From: Squalus acanthias
Taxonomy: Eukaryota
DNA length: 64,000 nucleotides
NCBI GenBank assembly: GCA_030390025.1
Contig: CM059431.1
Coordinates: forward strand, 129,210,001-129,274,000
Direction of reading: 5' to 3'
The notes below the pieces were generated by a model. It worked only from the letters and a program-made list of their open reading frames with translations, ran no database searches and was not told the origin of the DNA. Each line of letters opens with the position of its first letter. Within the stretch, counting starts at the first letter, position 1. The position numbers were made by a program, and so were the translations under genes. This document shows, in pieces, positions 61,632-64,000 of this stretch.

Positions 61632-62494
61632 CAAGAGAAAGTAAAGTGTATCAGTCAGAGTGGTGTAACGCGTTTGGGTGATATGGATGTCATGGTTGAA
61701 TAGCTGGCAGTGTGTTCAAACTGTGAGATGTGGGTTTGAGGCTTGCAGCAGTGGTAAGTGTGTGCGGGTGAGGTGAATCTATGAATGAGGTGTGTTTGGT
61801 AGAGATTTTTGATAGGTGAGTAATGGGGGTGTCCGACGGGCACGGGTTGATCGCACATCACGATCCTCGCGCCCGTTTTCGGGCCTTATCGAATTCCTAG
61901 GCCACCATATTTAATACTGTTCACTTCTCTGAAGCTCTCTTTTTACCTCAGGTAATTATATTAAAATATGGCAACAGCAGTGTTGAGTTATCAAAAACTA
62001 TTTTTTTTTAATTGTCAATTTAGCTTTTGTTTCTTCCTCTAGATTAATGGCTCTTATGGTCCCTCATATTGTAAATATCTTAACTATTTCAGCAAAAAAA
62101 AGTCCATCAGGGATTGGAAAACTGCTTCGGGTTTTTCGATGTTTGTTGTCCCTTCAGAGGGGAGAGAAGGAACATACTTCCTGATCAAAACATCTTCATA
62201 TCAACAAGAGGATATTATTAAGAATTGCAAAAGTAATCCAATTCATCTCATCAATACCATCATTGTTAACAGTTACTGATGCTGTTTGGCTGCCGAGATA
62301 ATACTATAGGCTTAGTAAAAAATGTACTGCACTGAATCCTGACATCATCACAGGCACAAAATGATACACTCAACTCTGCAGTGCAAAAATCAATTTACAT
62401 TGATTGATTAATTCTAAATTGCTAAAATAGTGACCATTTCAATTAAAATCCCACTTAATAATGTGTTTGCCACTACAGTTTTAAAATTGTTCTT

Positions 62495-63172
62495 GGAAGA
62501 GAGTGTTTGAAGACCAGGACCTCAAACCCGGCACCAAGCTCATGGTCTACAGAGCAGTAGTGATACCCGCCCTCCTGTATTCCTCAGAAACATGGACCTC
62601 AAAGCACTGGAGAGGAACCACCAATGCTGCCTCCGCAAGATCCTGCAAATCCATTGGCAGGATAGGCGCACCAACGTCAGTGTTCTCGCTCAGGCCAACA
62701 TCCCCAGCATCGAAGCTTTGACCACGCCTGATCAGCTCCGATGGACGGGGCACATCGTCCGCATGCCCGATACGAGACTCCCAAAACAAACGCTCTACTC
62801 AGAGCTCCGACACGGCAAGAGAGCCCCAGGTGGGCAGAGGAAACACTTCAAGGACACCCTCAAAGCCTCCTTGAAAAAGTGCAACATCCCCACCGACACC
62901 TGGGACTCCCTGGCCCAAGACCGCACAAAGTGGAGGAGAAGCATCCGGGAAGGCGCCAAACACCGCGAGTCTCTTCGCCGGGAGTAAGTGGAAGCCAAGC
63001 GCAAGCAGCGCACGTCAACCCAAGCACCCCACCCACCCGCCCCTTCAACCACCGTCTGCCCCACCTGCGACAGAGACTGTAGGTCCCGCATTGGACTCAT
63101 CAGTCACCTGAGAATTCATTTTTAATGTGGAAGCAAGTCATCCTCGGTTCTGAGGGACTGCCTAAGAAGAAG
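62495..63172 (+). mobile_element. 5'-truncated RTE-clade LINE with 10-bp TSD
   Basis: Near-identical to 41990-42689; (AAG)n tail; TSD AAAATTGTTC at 62483-62492 and 63173-63182. Confidence 0.94.
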
Positions 63173-64000
63173 AAAATTGTTCACCAGGCTAGTTCTGCTT
63201 CTTAGCTCCTCATGCTGCATTTGACAAGCTCAATTATAGAGTACCAAAGTCTAATAAGCAGTTTTCACTTGCTCACTATATAATTATTATACAACATATG
63301 AATTTCATTAGATTTTAATGAAAATTTTTTAGATTAATTATCCAATTCACGAAATTCTTTGGCAGTGGCTTAAAAGTATATTCCATTACACGAGTCTCCA
63401 AATTATTTAGAAATGGGTTCACATGAAATGAAGAGATTGAGAGTGATGTAGAAATTCTGTGCATTTTCAGATCACTGAAAAGATGTCCTTGAATGATTGA
63501 AAAGTTGACGAGGCAACATCTTACAAGGACTGTAGAAGCTTTTGCTCATTACTGTGTTTTTATTAAGCTTTCTCAAGCAGATTTGCCTGTGTGTTCAGGA
63601 GTAGACATTCTTGACACTACTGGCTAATAAAAAGAAAATTGATCAAAGCGTTCACTAAGCTGAAGGTAAAGTGGATTTCAAAACTTAAATCATGCTGCAT
63701 ACATTTTTTATATAATAACTGTGAAATAGGGAACATTAAAAATTGTACAAGACATACTATCTGTCTCTCCAGGTTGCCAGTATGCTAACATTGATTATAT
63801 GACACATCTGCTTGATTTTACACCTATGACAGGATGAATTTCTTAATGCTCTTTTCCTAACATTCTCGCACTATTTTGGCAAATGGAAGATTAAAAAGAT
63901 GCAGACCATGATTATTCTAGTATGTGTAACTTAATGAATTATTTTAACTATATTATTTACCCATTTCAAAAGAACCAACTAATATTTTACAAAATCTTTT

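Larger units (their letters stand above)
58486..61903 (+). mobile_element. Harbinger element: near-complete transposase (+), Myb-like exons 2-3 (-), Myb exon 1 deleted
   Basis: TIRs GGGCTAAAAAT / GAATTCCTAGGCC; flanks ACT/ACC. Confidence 0.88.

Overview
Eukaryotic, repeat-dominated non-coding DNA, almost certainly from a cartilaginous fish (shark); this is inferred from an HE1-type V-SINE, SacSINE1/DeuSINE-like SINEs and shark-type CR1 tails. It opens with about 6 kb of purine-rich, CpG-rich satellite, (GGGGAGAGATCGC)n, with an assembly gap; the satellite appears to have expanded inside a non-autonomous DNA transposon. The rest is a dense nest of PIF/Harbinger transposons. These are convergent two-gene elements with a HARBI1-type DDE transposase and a 3-exon Myb/SANT-like protein, and all copies are degenerate. 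With them are many deletion derivatives and palindromic MITEs, plus CR1, L2 and RTE LINE fragments and SINEs. No intact cellular gene is recognisable; one 53-bp candidate exon (50209-50261, +) suggests the window may be intronic. The most interesting signals are the satellite-inside-MITE link, covarying hairpins and a conserved splice-site cassette in a ~740-770-bp MITE family, non-canonical 3-bp TSDs with tandem insertion at one site, and an AT-hook in the Harbinger Myb protein. All calls were made by eye, without database searches; boundaries are approximate unless a TIR or TSD is quoted.
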